Below, in pieces: positions 8,505 through 18,406 of a stretch of 64,000 nt of DNA. The position numbers and the translations under genes are program-made. The DNA is from Candidatus Hydrogenedentota bacterium. GTDB lineage: Bacteria > Hydrogenedentota > Hydrogenedentia > Hydrogenedentales > SLHB01. The notes beneath the pieces are model-generated. The model did not search any database. It saw only the letters and a list, made by a program, of their open reading frames with translations, and was not told where the DNA came from. The stretch is taken from contig BTVY01000022.1 of NCBI GenBank assembly GCA_045863335.1, forward strand, positions 1-64,000. The letters are read 5' to 3'. Numbering within the stretch: the first letter of the stretch is position 1; each line of letters starts with the position of its first letter.

Positions 8505-9009
8505 TTCCGTCTAGGGACTTACGAAGGTACTCCAGTCCAAGATCCGGACTCGATGAGTTTCGGTGCGGCGTCAGCGTTCACGTCTTCCACGTGGCCCATG
8601 ACCAACGGCGTGCAGCGGCGTTGCCTTGCCGTTTCTGTGTGTCCCCGATTCTCTGACCGCGTATCGGTCGGCAACGCGACTTTTTCGTTTCTTAATCCCG
8701 TTCAACCATCCTGATTCTCGTGGCCTATCCAGTCCGTCGTCCTTTCACAGTGGGTCCAAGCGCGCGCTCGAGGGCCATTGTCTCAAAACGGAGTTGATCC
8801 TCGGTCGCGTAACTTCGGCAAGGTTTCGCTTCTATTACGTATGAGGACGATTCCTCGGAGCCCAAGTCCCACTGCTGATGAAGAACCGAACAAATCGAAG
8901 AGTGGGGTTGCCCGTGTTTGGCCATCGAGACCCGAATCGTGGAAATCTCAGTCTGGACTGAGGTTGTGGTGCGCACACGGAATGAATTACGCAACGCGAG
9001 GTTCGAGAC

Positions 9010-9930
9010 ATGAACACCAAGTTCCGTGATTTAAATGTCATACGACTCCAATCGATACTGTGCATCGCCGTCTTGACGTCTATTCTGGCTGGCTGTCCCT
9101 ATCTTCAGCGACGCAGCACGCTCTACGTGTCAAACAACTCGTCCCGTGCGCTGGATGAGGTGTATGTGTCCGGCTGCGACGACCCATATTGGGGATCGAA
9201 TGATCTTGATTCGGCCATCCTTCCCGGCGAAAGCGCCGTGGTGGGAACGTACGTATACGGGTGCTACGACGTACTTGTCGTGAACGAGGACGGCAATGAC
9301 ATGGTCTTCTGGGGAGAGACCTTTGACCAGGCCGAGGAGAATCTAATCGTACAAGAAGGCGAACGTAGCACGCTGTACGTTACAAACAATTCCACCCAGG
9401 CCTTGACCGAGATCTATGTAAGTATTTGGTACGCGGAGTTCTGGGGGAACAACCAGATCAATTTGCCGATCCTGCCCGGTGAAACGGTTGAGGTAGGAGA
9501 ATACCTATACGACTGGTACGACCTGCTCGCCGTGAATGAGTCCGGTGAATCGACCCGAGAGTACGCGGTTTTCGACGAACCGGAAGTCGTGTGGACCATT
9601 AGCGGATCGGGGGGGCAGTACGCGGATTTCTACGTGATGAACGATTCGTCTCACACGATAACCGAACTCTATGTCAGTCCGTGCATTGCGGAGTCTTGGG
9701 GGGCAAACCAAATCAGTATCGCCGTTTCTCCCGGCCAGCGCATTTTTGTTGGAGCGTACGGACACGGATGCTATGACTTGCTCGCGGTAGCGGATACAGG
9801 AGAATACACTGTCGTGTGGGGCGAGGAGTTCGATCAACTCGAGCAGGAGTGGACCCTGTCTGACACCAAACTAAGTCCCGCAACGGGAGACAAATCGTGC
9901 TTGAACGCCATAGCGAAAGTGCGCGACTAG
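9010..9930 (+). CDS. Lipoprotein with three ~85-aa tandem beta-rich repeats
   Basis: Lipobox LAGC. Each repeat follows YVxNxS..E(VIL)YVS..WGxN..PG..YD(LV)L. Confidence 0.75.
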   Translation: MNTKFRDLNVIRLQSILCIAVLTSILAGCPYLQRRSTLYVSNNSSRALDEVYVSGCDDPYWGSNDLDSAILPGESAVVGTYVYGCYDVLVVNEDGNDMVFWGETFDQAEENLIVQEGERSTLYVTNNSTQALTEIYVSIWYAEFWGNNQINLPILPGETVEVGEYLYDWYDLLAVNESGESTREYAVFDEPEVVWTISGSGGQYADFYVMNDSSHTITELYVSPCIAESWGANQISIAVSPGQRIFVGAYGHGCYDLLAVADTGEYTVVWGEEFDQLEQEWTLSDTKLSPATGDKSCLNAIAKVRD

Positions 9931-10209
9931 GCCGGGAGCGTCCCGTGCGCAACGTCACAGACAACCCCTTGTAGCGCGCACCCGGTTTCTCGGAAATTCG
10001 ACGCCCGCACCTCCGCATCGCGGAAGTGCGGGCGATGTCCATTCAACAATGAGAACCATCTCAACCACGCGCTAGACACGCACGCTTGTGTGCGCCGGTG
10101 TCAAACCCGCCGCCACACTGGGTTGGAATTGCAGACGGAAAGGGGACCGTGGAACCAAACACGACGCCCCTCACCTGCCGGCAAATAATTTTCGTTCTCG
10201 AGAACCCTT

Positions 10210-11352
10210 TTACTCCGGGACATTCTCCCAAGAGCCGGTCTTGGCCGACTTGAGGACGGCGTCGCAAATGTGCTGCGTTTCCAGCGCGTCGCGGAACGTA
10301 GGCGCGGTCGGTTTGCCCTTCGCGATGTTGTCGAGGAAATCCGCGACCTGGTGCACGAAGGAGTGTTCGTACCCGATCTGCAGTCCCGGCACCCACCACT
10401 TGTCCATGTAGGGCATGTCGCCGTCCGTCACGTGCACCGAACGCCAGCCGCGCACGATGGAGTCGTCCCGGTGATCGAAGTAGTTCAACCGGTGCAGGTC
10501 GTGGAGGTCCCACTGGATCGAGGCGTGCTCGCCGTTAATCTCAAAGGTGTAGAGCGCCTTGTGTCCGCGCGCGTAACGCGTCGATTCAAAGGTCGCCAGC
10601 GACCCATTCTTGAACCGTGCCAGGAACGCGCAGGCATCGTCGATTCCGACCGCCTGCTTCTGCCCGGTGGCCGTGTGGACACGCTCCTTGATGAACGTCT
10701 CCGTCATGGCCGACACGTCCTTCATCGAACCATTGAGCCAAATCGCCGTGTCGATGCAGTGGGCGAGAAGGTCGCCGGTTACGCCGCTGCCCGCCGCCGC
10801 CGCGTCCAGACGCCAGAGACCCTGACCGCCCTGCGGCAATTCCGCGGAGATGGTCCAGTCCTGAAGGAATACCGCGCGGTAGTGGAAGATCTTGCCGAGA
10901 CGCCCTTCGTCGATGAGCTGCTTCGCAAGGGTCACAGCCGGGACGCGGCGGTAGTTGTACCAGACCGTGTTCGGCACGCCCGCCTTCTCCACCGCCTTGC
11001 ACATCTCTTCGCCTTCCGGTCCGTTCATGGCGAGCGGTTTCTCGCAGAGGATCATCTTGCCGGCTTCGGCCGCCGCGATGGCGATTTCCTTGTGCAGATT
11101 GTTCGGTGTGCAGATGTCGATGGCATCGACGTCCTTGCGTTCGATGACCTTGCGCCAGTCCGTCTCTGTGGACTCGTAGCCCCAGTTGTCGGCAAAGGCC
11201 TTGATCTGGTCCGCGTTTCGAGCGCACGCGACCTTGAGTACCGGCTGATACTCGAGATCGAAAAAGTGATTCACCTTGCAATACGCATTCGAATGGGCCC
11301 GGCCCATAAACCCATAGCCAATCATGGCCACATTCAGTTTCTTCTTCGCCAT
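10210..11352 (-). CDS. Gfo/Idh/MocA family oxidoreductase
   Basis: GYGFMG Rossmann motif, CEKPLA, DLLAH. Confidence 0.93.
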   Translation of the reverse strand: MAKKKLNVAMIGYGFMGRAHSNAYCKVNHFFDLEYQPVLKVACARNADQIKAFADNWGYESTETDWRKVIERKDVDAIDICTPNNLHKEIAIAAAEAGKMILCEKPLAMNGPEGEEMCKAVEKAGVPNTVWYNYRRVPAVTLAKQLIDEGRLGKIFHYRAVFLQDWTISAELPQGGQGLWRLDAAAAGSGVTGDLLAHCIDTAIWLNGSMKDVSAMTETFIKERVHTATGQKQAVGIDDACAFLARFKNGSLATFESTRYARGHKALYTFEINGEHASIQWDLHDLHRLNYFDHRDDSIVRGWRSVHVTDGDMPYMDKWWVPGLQIGYEHSFVHQVADFLDNIAKGKPTAPTFRDALETQHICDAVLKSAKTGSWENVPE

Positions 11353-11373
11353 AGTCGATGACTCCCCTCTATT

Positions 11374-11837
11374 CATTTGTCCGCAGATTGCGCAGATGTT
11401 CGCAGATTAAGAATCCGGATAATCCAAGACGATGCGTTCGTATTCCAGTCGCTCATTCGCGAAATTCATGAGGACTCCGCGCGTCAAGCCCGATATTCTC
11501 AGATAATTGATCACCTGACTTCGGTGTTTGTCCGTCAGCTTCTCAACGACTTTTAATTCTGCGATGACTTCTCCAAAACAGACAAAGTCCGCACGATAAT
11601 AACAGTCCAAAATCTCATCACGATATCGAATCTCGTATTTTACTTCTCTCTGGAACGGAATGCGCTGATACCTGCATTCAACGGAGAATGCACTTTGATA
11701 TGCCGGCTCTTGGAGGCCGCACCCAAGCCGGCTATGCACCTCCATACCCGCCCCAATTATGGCGTACGTCTGCGGGTCCCTCTCTCTGTCTTCATCGTTC
11801 TTCATCTGCGGCTATCTGCGCAATCTGCGGACAGATG
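11374..11837. mobile_element. Inverted-repeat-bounded GxxExxY cassette
   Basis: 40-bp inverted repeats at 11374-11413 and 11798-11837 (35/40 identical), each with three CGCAGAT units. Confidence 0.7.
11407..11805 (-). CDS. GxxExxY protein (PD-(D/E)XK-like nuclease)
   Basis: GLQEPAY motif, RADFVC...AELK, QVINYL. Visibly more AT-rich than its neighbours. Confidence 0.92.
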   Translation of the reverse strand: MKNDEDRERDPQTYAIIGAGMEVHSRLGCGLQEPAYQSAFSVECRYQRIPFQREVKYEIRYRDEILDCYYRADFVCFGEVIAELKVVEKLTDKHRSQVINYLRISGLTRGVLMNFANERLEYERIVLDYPDS

Positions 11838-11846
11838 TTCCTGACT

Positions 11847-12893
11847 CTACCAGCCGTGGGCGTCGCGGACTTTGGCCATGACCGCCAGGATGTCGTTCCA
11901 CGTGCCGGGCTTCATCATGGTTGCGTTCGGGAACATGCACCCGTCCCAGCAGATGTGCTGGAACGCCTTCGTCGGTTCGCCGTCCGCGCCGCGCATCCAG
12001 AAGCCCGCGTGTTTCACGATGTCCAGCTTGCCGTTGGGATCGTTGGGCAGACAGTGACGCCCCGTCTTGTCGTGGGACCCCGAACCGAACACCGTCGCGT
12101 CGTTCTGCGCGATGTGGAAATCAATGGTCCACGGACGCAACGCATCCGTCAGCGTTTTCAACGCCGCGTCGAGCTTACCCTGGTCGCTCCAGTCATAGCC
12201 CTCCGGCAGGATCGCGTCTTCCGGCGCGTTCGCACCCAGCGTGTACAGGAGCGTGTGCGCCATGTCCGCCTGGAAGCCGAGCGTCTTCGGCCGGTCAACC
12301 GCTTCGAGCAGCTTGATCATCTCTTTCCACGAGTGCATGCCACCCCAGCAGATTTCGCCTTCGGCGGCGAGACGTTCGCCGTGATCCTCGGCGATGGTGC
12401 AGGCTTCGCGGAACGTGTCCGCGATCTTCTTCGTGTTTTCGGCAGGATTCGCCGCCCAGTCGCCGACGCCGCAGGCCGAATCGATGCGGATCACGCCATA
12501 GGGCCGCGCGCCGGATTCACGGAGTTGCTTCGCGATGCCGCAGGCCTTGCGCACCTGCGTCAGGAACTGGCCGCGCTCCTCGTCGCTGCCCATGGTCGAC
12601 CCGCCCCCCGTCGGCGGCCATACCGGCGCCACCAGCGAACCGATGGCGAGTCCCTTCGACTGAAAAGTGTCGGCTAACTTCTTCACGCCGTCCGCATCGA
12701 GATCGATGCTGATATGCGGGTCCGAAAGAAACAGGTCCATGCCGTCAAACTTGACCCCGTCCACCTCGGCGGCCGCCGTCAGCTCGATCATCTTGTCCAA
12801 TCCGATAGGCGGCTCCGAATCGTCCCCCTTGCCGACCAGCCCCGGCCACGCCGCGTTATGGAGCTTCGGATACGTGTTCTTCGATGGGCTCAT
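11847..12893 (-). CDS. TIM-barrel sugar phosphate isomerase/epimerase
   Basis: [26 protein letters not shown] and HICWDG metal-binding motifs. Confidence 0.8.
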   Translation of the reverse strand: MSPSKNTYPKLHNAAWPGLVGKGDDSEPPIGLDKMIELTAAAEVDGVKFDGMDLFLSDPHISIDLDADGVKKLADTFQSKGLAIGSLVAPVWPPTGGGSTMGSDEERGQFLTQVRKACGIAKQLRESGARPYGVIRIDSACGVGDWAANPAENTKKIADTFREACTIAEDHGERLAAEGEICWGGMHSWKEMIKLLEAVDRPKTLGFQADMAHTLLYTLGANAPEDAILPEGYDWSDQGKLDAALKTLTDALRPWTIDFHIAQNDATVFGSGSHDKTGRHCLPNDPNGKLDIVKHAGFWMRGADGEPTKAFQHICWDGCMFPNATMMKPGTWNDILAVMAKVRDAHGW

Positions 12894-12984
12894 GGATCTT
12901 CTCCTTCCACTGGCGGTTCGTCATAAGTATGCAACGAACGCCGAACAAAGTTTTCATACACTCAACTGCGAACCATTTCCTTCC

Positions 12985-13335
12985 TCATTTTGGCGAATTT
13001 CCCTCTTGGACTAGCGTTTGCATGTGTTCGATCAGCACAGGAATATCTTCCTTTGCCGTGCGCCACAGAATCTTGTAGTTGACATTCATGTAGTCGTGAA
13101 CGATGCGGTGCCGCATACCGACGATTCGAGCCCACGGCACCTCCGGATGCTTGGCACGGAACGCGCGAGATACTTGAGACGCTGCCTCGCCAATTACTTG
13201 GAATCGATACGCGAGCGCATCACGTAAGACATCGTCCTTTTCAAATCGTTCTAGCGAAATGTCGGCGGTCTCGGCAAGAATACTGCGTGCGGTCGTCAGA
13301 ATGTGGCCGAGTAAGGCTTGATCATCCCTCTCCAT
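12985..13335 (-). CDS. HEPN (DUF86/HepT-like) ribonuclease toxin
   Basis: IGEAAS, PEVPW and RHRIVHDY (Rx4HxY) motifs. Confidence 0.9.
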   Translation of the reverse strand: MERDDQALLGHILTTARSILAETADISLERFEKDDVLRDALAYRFQVIGEAASQVSRAFRAKHPEVPWARIVGMRHRIVHDYMNVNYKILWRTAKEDIPVLIEHMQTLVQEGNSPK

Positions 13336-13645
13336 CGCAATCCTCAAACTGAACGACGGCGCTCGCAAGCACCCGCTCTTTTATGCCGGGAATCAAGAAC
13401 TCCGGATCCACAATGTCCACGTAACGCCCGCCGAAGACACTCGACAGTTCCTCGCCGATGTCGACAATCTCCCAGCCCGGGGTATGACCTTCTTCGAATT
13501 CAACGAGCACATCCACGTCGCTGTCTGGTCCGAAATCATCCCGCAATGCACTGCCAAAGATCGCAAGCCGCCGGATATGCCAGCGTTTACACACCGCCTC
13601 GAGATCTCTCTTAGGGTAGTCAATCGCAAGCTGTGAAATTGCCAC
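13322..13645 (-). CDS. Minimal nucleotidyltransferase antitoxin (MntA-like)
   Basis: FGSALRDDFGPDSDVD (GSx10DxD). Overlaps the HEPN gene. Confidence 0.9.
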   Translation of the reverse strand: MAISQLAIDYPKRDLEAVCKRWHIRRLAIFGSALRDDFGPDSDVDVLVEFEEGHTPGWEIVDIGEELSSVFGGRYVDIVDPEFLIPGIKERVLASAVVQFEDCDGEG

Positions 13646-13654
13646 TTTCCGTCC

Positions 13655-13858
13655 TCAACCGGTATCGTCCGCATCCATGCGACCGGTTTGTCCAACGATT
13701 GTCGCCACTGGCGGAGTAAAATGTAGATCCAGCGCCTCCTGCAAATTAGCCAACGCGTCCTCTTCCGAAGTTCCCTGGCTGGCTACATCCACTTCTAGAC
13801 ACTGCGCCACAAACCACCGGCCTTCCTGAGAGAGACTTACGGTAATTTCTCTCTTCAT
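13655..13858 (-). CDS. HicB-family antitoxin (short, no adjacent HicA)
   Basis: FVAQCLEVDVASQGTSEEDALANLQEAL is a HicB N-terminal fold signature. Confidence 0.75.
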   Translation of the reverse strand: MKREITVSLSQEGRWFVAQCLEVDVASQGTSEEDALANLQEALDLHFTPPVATIVGQTGRMDADDTG

Positions 13859-13884
13859 GCCCGCAACACCTCACTGGCGTGTTT

Positions 13885-13975
13885 CTGGATTCCCACGCCG
13901 TCGGCGTGGGAATGACGATTCGGGTGCTTGGCAAAGGAATTCGCCACCGCCGTCATTCCCGCGACGGCGGGAATC
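13885..13975. repeat. Pair of ATTCCC..GGGAAT palindromes (dRS3-like REP)
   Basis: GATTCCCACGCCGTCGGCGTGGGAATGAC and GTCATTCCCGCGACGGCGGGAATC in opposite orientation. Confidence 0.7.
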
Positions 13976-14028
13976 TATCTTACCCTGGTATCGGACAACC
14001 GATACGGAGTCACGCGATTTGATCTATT

Positions 14029-15270
14029 CTATTTCTTGTAATCCCCCACCTTCGGCGCCTGCGGGTTCACGTGGGGGCCGAAGTAGCGGAGCATGACCAG
14101 CGGGCATTCCTTGCCGAGATTTTCGACGGTGTACCCTTCCTTCGCGCGCGCTTCGGTGATGAAGACTTCGTCTTCGGTCATTTCGCCGAAGCGGATCTGT
14201 TGCGGACACTCGAAAGGCAAATTGCCGATCTTGCCGCGGCCCTGCATGAGGATGACGCCCGACGCGCCGTTGTCCTTGATGGTCACTTTCGCGCCCGGGG
14301 CGACCGTCAGCTCCTTCGCGCTGAACAACTGCTCGCCGCGCACGTCGCCGTAGACGACCCAGCGGTCCACGTAACCCGAACTCTCGGTGTCGCCGTCGGC
14401 GATGGGTTCGAGGTAGTGGCTGTCCTTGAAATTCGGATCGACGTTCATCTCCCAGTCAAGCTGATCCACGATGTACTCGTTGTCGTCCTGTTTGTCTTCG
14501 GGGATGTCTTTCACGAGCAGGTGCTTCCACACATCGCGGCCTTCCACCAGCGACTGGAACATGGAGAACACGTCGCTGCCCCACTGCGGCTCGTACGTGA
14601 GGAGCGAGCCGGGCGCGTGCAAGATGCACGGACCCACCAGCCAGCCGGTGCCGGGCTTCAAGCGATAGGCCTTCGAATAATCGAGGATGCCGTTGTCGCC
14701 GCAGTTCCAGCGGTCAAGGCACGCGACGATTTCTTCCTTCTTCGTGCCGGGTTCCAGGCCGAAGAACGTGTAGGGGAAATTGTTCCCGATGGTATTGAGC
14801 TGCGGCGGGAAGTAGTAGGACTCCGGCTTACCTTCGCGGCCCACCAACGCGGCCTGTTCCGCGCTCTGGTGGTGGTGATGAGGGATGGGCCCCATGTTGT
14901 CGAAGAACTTGCTGTAGACCGGCCAGCGCTTGTACTTGTTCCAGATGGCGTCGCCGATGAGTTCCGCGCCGAGATTGGCGACCGCGTCTTTCAGCGTGAA
15001 CCGCGCCCCGTCATGCACCACGTAGCTCAGGCCTTCATCCGGAGGCGCGCCTTCATTGTCCGCTGCGGTGGTCGACGCAAACCAGCGTTCGTCGATGCCG
15101 CCGCGGTGTTTGCCCAGGGCGTAGTAATCGTCGGGGTGCAGTTTCAGCCGGCGTCCGGGTTGCAGGAATGACCGCGGCACCCACGTCGGCGCTAAGCGCA
15201 ACAAGCCTTCCCCGGCTTCCAGGGCCGCTTTGGCCGACTTTTGAACCTTATCTCCACTGACCGTATTCAT
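14029..15270 (-). CDS. Cupin, mannose-6-phosphate isomerase-like protein
   Basis: KFFDNMGPIPHHHHQ, GKPESYYF, LHAPG..TYEPQ. RBS AAGGAG before ATG 15270. Confidence 0.75.
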   Translation of the reverse strand: MNTVSGDKVQKSAKAALEAGEGLLRLAPTWVPRSFLQPGRRLKLHPDDYYALGKHRGGIDERWFASTTAADNEGAPPDEGLSYVVHDGARFTLKDAVANLGAELIGDAIWNKYKRWPVYSKFFDNMGPIPHHHHQSAEQAALVGREGKPESYYFPPQLNTIGNNFPYTFFGLEPGTKKEEIVACLDRWNCGDNGILDYSKAYRLKPGTGWLVGPCILHAPGSLLTYEPQWGSDVFSMFQSLVEGRDVWKHLLVKDIPEDKQDDNEYIVDQLDWEMNVDPNFKDSHYLEPIADGDTESSGYVDRWVVYGDVRGEQLFSAKELTVAPGAKVTIKDNGASGVILMQGRGKIGNLPFECPQQIRFGEMTEDEVFITEARAKEGYTVENLGKECPLVMLRYFGPHVNPQAPKVGDYKK

Positions 15271-15503
15271 GCGCGACTCCTTCATGATGTGTGCGTGATA
15301 TACCCCTCTATCCGTCGCGAAACGGTTCCGGCCGGGACATGGCTCCATTCTTGCCGGAGAGGTCATTCGCGAACGGGCGCGCGCCAAGGCTCCGCAGCAG
15401 GCGCAACCGTTGTTATATCAGGCGGATCGGGGGGGAGGCAAATGAAAACCGGACGGCCAAAGCCGCCCGGTTCTTCAAAATGCCGCGTGTAAATGGGCGT
15501 CGC

Positions 15504-16232
15504 TCAATTTCCAGCGTTGCGGTGGGCCTCATCCAGCGCGTTGAGGTACCGCGCTGGATCCTTCCGGAAGGCTTTCTCGCACGCGGCGCAACACAGCCGG
15601 ATAAGACGATTTCCCGAAATGAAGTCGATCACTGCGCCGTGCGAGCCATCCAACGCCTCGCCGCTGACGACGCAGGTTTGCAACGGGTAATCGGGCCGCT
15701 GCTGGTCCACGATCATGGCGTCGAGTTCGGGGATATGGGTGCCGTTTTTCGCGATGGACTCCATCACTTCCGTCCCGCAACTCGAGCAGCAGAACCGCAG
15801 CAGCCGGTTCTTGTACACCCGGTCGATGGGGTTGTCTCCCCACGATTCCCGGCTGTTCAAACAGATCGATTCCGGATAGTAGGGAATCTGCGCTGCGATG
15901 ATCGCCTCGTCAATCGCCTTGAGGTACTTTCCGGGTTCCTCCTGAAACTTCGAGATGCAGCCCTCGCAGCAGAAACGCACTTCACGCCCTTCGTGTTGCA
16001 TCACAACCGATTCGAGCTTCGCGCCCAGTTCCTCGCCGGATACCGGACAGGTCGTCAGCGGATACACGTCTCCTGCTGGATCGAGTATCGCGGACCGCAT
16101 CGCGGGATCGTCTGATTCGGCGGCCAAAACCGGAGTGAACACGCTTGCCCTAACGGCGAGAGCTACTCCAAGCAGACCCAGGCAACACATTTGCAAACGT
16201 CGGTGACTGGTTAACGATCGCATTATCATCAT
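15504..16232 (-). CDS. Secreted YHS/TRASH-like repeat metal-binding protein
   Basis: Three units of YP..C(PV/LN/VV)S....(F/L)CCxxC. N-terminal hydrophobic segment. Confidence 0.7.
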   Translation of the reverse strand: MMIMRSLTSHRRLQMCCLGLLGVALAVRASVFTPVLAAESDDPAMRSAILDPAGDVYPLTTCPVSGEELGAKLESVVMQHEGREVRFCCEGCISKFQEEPGKYLKAIDEAIIAAQIPYYPESICLNSRESWGDNPIDRVYKNRLLRFCCSSCGTEVMESIAKNGTHIPELDAMIVDQQRPDYPLQTCVVSGEALDGSHGAVIDFISGNRLIRLCCAACEKAFRKDPARYLNALDEAHRNAGN

Positions 16233-16535
16233 CGGTCCTCAATGGTTGGATGGGCCGTGGACGCACCCTTCGCGTTGCGGGTCTTAGAATACGACGCCGG
16301 AGGCCTGCCGAATGTGCAGGACTCCGGCGATCGGGCATTGTAGCCCGTGGACTGGTTGATACGGCCGGACGAGACTGCGCCTCATACCCGGCCAACGCAT
16401 GATAAACGCAGCGACTTGATCAGGTAATCGTTAAAGCTCTCAAAGATCTTTGTGAAACTATCAGGGCGGGTGTGGCCTGGCAGGATTTGTGATAAAGCGC
16501 TGATTGCTCTCGTTGACTTGGCTTTGTGATGTAAG

Positions 16536-18239
16536 TTATTGGTCCGCAGAGAGATGCTCATCAAGCGAGGAGGCCAGCCGCTCCGCAAGTATGCGGTTCC
16601 CGGTGGGCGTCAAATGACCATCGTTCATATACAAGCGCTTCACGGGGCCATTCTCAACGAGGGTCTGAACTATCGGCACGTAGGGGATTCCCGCCGATTC
16701 GAAGAATTCCTCGCACAGCGCCACATCCTTGAACCGAACGTAGGACACCGGATCCCCGGCTTCGGCTATCGCTGCCTCCCAATCCTCGTCCGACAACTCA
16801 ATCCACGAGGGCAGGCAGAACGCGAAGAACTCGATGCCGCGGTTATCGCAGTCGTCACGGATTCGCAGCACATCCTCCTGCATCCGTTCCCACGCCTCTT
16901 CGAGTTGCGGGTACCAGTCTTGCAACATGAACTCAAGATAAAAGGGTCGTGGTTCTTGCGGCGGCAATTCCGGGATGCGTAGCGGCGGGAGAAACCGGAC
17001 CTGCCGCAAGAGTGTCGTCAGATCCCAGCGTGTGCCCGTCACGCTTTGGAACTGCGCATACAACCGGCACTTCGTGATCATCCACCACTCGGCCTGCATG
17101 CGCCAATCCGCGTGGTACCGCCAATAGAGCACCATCCGTTCCCATCCCTCGTTGTAGGATTCGAGGTATTCGCCGCTCTGATTCAACGTGTTGTGCACGT
17201 CGTTCTCGGGATAGAGCTGAAGAATCACGAGATCGGGTTCAAGGGCAAAGCATCGTTCCAAGAGAAAGATGCGCTCCTGCCAGGGTCCATACCCGGCCAC
17301 CCCGGCGTTGATGACCGTAACCTTACGCCCGGGCATCTGCTCGGATAGCAGTTCTTCCAAGATGTGCGGATAGCTGTCTTCGTAAGCGACGCCCCACCCC
17401 ATGGTCAGCGAGTCGCCAAGCGCAACGACGCGGAATTCATCCGGCTCCTTGGGGCCAACCTCGGGTCCCCGGACGCCCTGAGCCGACACGGACACGACAA
17501 ACTCCCGCGGCTCGCCGGATTTCGGCATGGTGGTGTAGGTGTCGGTGCGGTCCGGACGGAGGGTCCAGAAGGCCGTCGGATGCGCCTCGAACCCGGCCCG
17601 GGCCGACTGCTTGATGATTGGTGAGGGAAACAAGAGTCGCGCCGCGACTTCCGCTCCCGCGAAGCAAAGGCAAACGGACCCTACCAGAAGAGCGCCGTTG
17701 ATCGCTTTTTGCTTCCAGCTTGTCTTCGTCCGAGCGGGCGGCCAGGGTGCCTTCCAGACAAATGCCCACAAGGTTACAGACCATGCGATGGATTCTACGA
17801 GTGGCGCGTCACGAAATACGGCCAAACGCACAAGAAGGACCGCGCCCACCGTGATGTACGTTGCGCGAATCGCGCGCCCGGTGTGAACAAGCAATCGTCC
17901 CCGAACGCTCGACGGCGCCGGGGCCGCGACGAGTCGTCCGAAGACCAGCAGTAGAATTACGGTAACCGTCTGCCCCGTCAGGAAAAAGTGGCCCATTTCG
18001 CTCGCAATCCACGGTGCCGCCGCCGCAACGGCAAGTCCGTAGACGCTCAGCACCGGGAAGAACCAACGGGATGCCACGAGGACCAAGGGCAGGTAGAGGA
18101 GGACCATCGGGCTGCGGACACAAATGAGGTGATGCAGTCCCAATACGCCGGCGAATGAGACTATCTCCAGCACCTTCACCACAAACGACAAGGGCACCGC
18201 ATCCGGCGATCGGGTATGTTGCGTATTCCGGCGTTTCAT
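16536..18239 (-). CDS. Membrane-anchored SGNH/GDSL hydrolase
   Basis: Multiple N-terminal TM segments; GDSLTMG, NAGVAGYG, ND and DGHL blocks. Confidence 0.85.
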   Translation of the reverse strand: MKRRNTQHTRSPDAVPLSFVVKVLEIVSFAGVLGLHHLICVRSPMVLLYLPLVLVASRWFFPVLSVYGLAVAAAAPWIASEMGHFFLTGQTVTVILLLVFGRLVAAPAPSSVRGRLLVHTGRAIRATYITVGAVLLVRLAVFRDAPLVESIAWSVTLWAFVWKAPWPPARTKTSWKQKAINGALLVGSVCLCFAGAEVAARLLFPSPIIKQSARAGFEAHPTAFWTLRPDRTDTYTTMPKSGEPREFVVSVSAQGVRGPEVGPKEPDEFRVVALGDSLTMGWGVAYEDSYPHILEELLSEQMPGRKVTVINAGVAGYGPWQERIFLLERCFALEPDLVILQLYPENDVHNTLNQSGEYLESYNEGWERMVLYWRYHADWRMQAEWWMITKCRLYAQFQSVTGTRWDLTTLLRQVRFLPPLRIPELPPQEPRPFYLEFMLQDWYPQLEEAWERMQEDVLRIRDDCDNRGIEFFAFCLPSWIELSDEDWEAAIAEAGDPVSYVRFKDVALCEEFFESAGIPYVPIVQTLVENGPVKRLYMNDGHLTPTGNRILAERLASSLDEHLSADQ

Positions 18240-18406
18240 TCCGGCGGGGAGTATGGCAGGTGCGCACGCGAAACCCCAATTTGAAGAGGATGTGATGCCG
18301 CCACCCGGATTGAACTTTTTCGCGATCCGGCGTAGGATATCCGCAAGCGGCTCGCGTGGGGATGCGGGCCACATGGGGGAACAGTCGTAATTTGGGGGGA
18401 GAAACC

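Noticed and set aside
8520-9009. Short ORFs in the gap before the repeat lipoprotein
   Set aside because: No motifs, no RBS and no consistent coding bias.
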